Of a DNA stretch of 45,566 nucleotides, positions 44,298 through 45,566 are shown in pieces. The stretch covers positions 1-45,566 of the IMG/VR virus record IMGVR_UViG_3300017647_000300. The stretch is one strand, 5' to 3'. Each line of letters opens with the position of its first letter. Position 1 is the first letter of the stretch. The DNA is from a virus (Duplodnaviria > Caudoviricetes). The notes beneath the pieces were generated by a model. That model was given only the letters and a program-made list of their open reading frames with translations. It ran no database searches and was not told where the DNA came from. The position numbers and the translations under genes were made by a program.

Positions 44298-44323
44298 GAC
44301 TATTCGTCCACGGAGTAGGAATC
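44298..44323 (-). promoter_or_regulatory. C-box-like double operator
   Basis: Minus strand GATTCCTACTCC-GTG-GACGAATAGTC resembles the GACTnnnAGTC-nGTG-GACTnnnAGTC C-box layout. Confidence 0.55.
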
Positions 44324-44378
44324 CCGCTGTTAACCTTTGGACGCTATTCCGCTGCTTTTCTTACGGCACAGGAATGAC

Positions 44379-45566
44379 ATGGCTAGGCATCGAGCAGTCC
44401 CGGTTCTCATTACCAACGACAACAATCGCAGCGCGTTGACGCGCGTTCGGCTCGGGGGCGGCCTACATGATGAGAAGTGGCTCCAGGCGCTGATCCACGA
44501 TCATCCCGTCATCCTGCCGATCTCGGACATTGAGCCTGGTTTCGGCGACCTGATCGCGGTGGCCCGTGAAGTGCCGACCGGTCACGGCAATATCGACAAC
44601 CTCTACCTTACGCCGTCCGGTGACATCGTGTTGGTCGAAACCAAGCTGTGGCGGAATGGGCAGATGCGCCGTGAGGTGGTGGCGCAAGCGCTGGATTATG
44701 TGGCCGCGCTAACCCTGATGGGATTCGAGGCGTTCGAGATGGCTGTTGCGCGGGGGCAGCAGGCACCGCGACGCCTGTATGATCTTGTTCGTGACCATCC
44801 AGAAGCTTTGGAAGAGGCGGAGTTCATTGACGCGGTCTCGCTGAAACTACGGCGAGGTAGGATGCTGGTCATCGTCCTGGGCGACGGAATCAGGACAGAG
44901 ACGGAGGCGCTCAGCGATCTGCTGCAGAGCCATGCCGGTGCGCATTTTACCTTCGCGCTTGTCGAGCTTGCCACATGGCGGAACCCGGCAGGCGACATTC
45001 TCGCGGTGCCCAGCACGCTGGCCAGGACCGTGATGATCGAGCGCGGTATCGTCCGTGTCGAGGATGGGGCGGCGACAGTCCATCCGATTCCTGCCGCTGG
45101 CCAGAAGGGGCCGCAGTCGATCAGCTCGGCGGACTTCTGGGATATGATGGCGAAACGCGATCCGGGGCTGCCCGCCGCGATCCAGTCGTTCCTCTCGGCA
45201 CTCGAACCGCTGGGTGTCTATCCCGACCTTAAGGCAAGTCTGAACCTGAAGCTCGATCTGGCCGACCAGAATAAGCCGATCAACTTCGGCTATATCATGA
45301 AGAACGGCACTTTCTGGCCGAACCCAGCATCATGGACGCTGCCGGAAGCGATCTGGCGGCCGTATTTCGAGGCGTTGGCCGAGATGGTTGGCGGCACCGT
45401 GATCGACGAGCCGAACAACAAATATGTCGCCGTCAACGGGCGCTCCGGCCCGAGGATCGAGCAATTCCTGCCACAGCATCTGGACAAGTGGGTTGCCGCG
45501 ATCGAGCAGGTCATTGCGGACGTCAGCCGTTTCGAGAACGGGGAGATTGGGGGAGAAGTATGTTGA
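44379..45566 (+). CDS. PD-(D/E)xK nuclease (NucS/DUF91-like N-terminal domain)
   Basis: EKWLQ...IDNLYL...IVLVETKL...REVVAQALDY. Confidence 0.8.
   Translation: MARHRAVPVLITNDNNRSALTRVRLGGGLHDEKWLQALIHDHPVILPISDIEPGFGDLIAVAREVPTGHGNIDNLYLTPSGDIVLVETKLWRNGQMRREVVAQALDYVAALTLMGFEAFEMAVARGQQAPRRLYDLVRDHPEALEEAEFIDAVSLKLRRGRMLVIVLGDGIRTETEALSDLLQSHAGAHFTFALVELATWRNPAGDILAVPSTLARTVMIERGIVRVEDGAATVHPIPAAGQKGPQSISSADFWDMMAKRDPGLPAAIQSFLSALEPLGVYPDLKASLNLKLDLADQNKPINFGYIMKNGTFWPNPASWTLPEAIWRPYFEALAEMVGGTVIDEPNNKYVAVNGRSGPRIEQFLPQHLDKWVAAIEQVIADVSRFENGEIGGEVC

Larger units (their letters stand above)
37443..45566. mobile_element. tRNA-Arg-targeted integrative island (continues beyond the window)
   Basis: Serine recombinase pointing into the tRNA, plus tyrosine recombinases, Xis-like HTH and nuclease cargo. 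Confidence 0.75.

Overview
GC-rich alphaproteobacterial DNA (gene content suggests a sphingomonad; inference). Positions 1 to about 37.4 kb hold most of a P2-like (Peduovirus-type) prophage; its left end and integrase lie outside the window. The prophage has P2-like head, tail and baseplate genes, an Ogr activator and a cos-like site. It departs from P2 in having a lambdoid CI/Cro switch, a Zn-finger/TOPRIM primase-helicase with an iteron-rich putative origin, and rearranged late operons each headed by the same 23-bp palindrome. A tRNA-Arg(CCT) follows, then a second integrated island: a frameshifted large serine recombinase whose C-terminus runs into the tRNA, two tandem tyrosine recombinases, an excisionase-like HTH, a C-protein-like regulator and a PD-(D/E)xK nuclease. 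The main candidates for new biology are: (i) a C4-type antisense RNA switch controlling an antirepressor that carries a copy of the primase's C-terminal, putative origin-binding domain; (ii) an accessory hotspot next to cI with a WYL-TerB fusion operon facing a toxin-antitoxin/thermonuclease/membrane-peptide operon; (iii) a WYL-like insertion in tail protein gpS; (iv) an SOS box upstream of an orphan Dam-like methylase. All calls come from reading motifs by eye; no searches were run.
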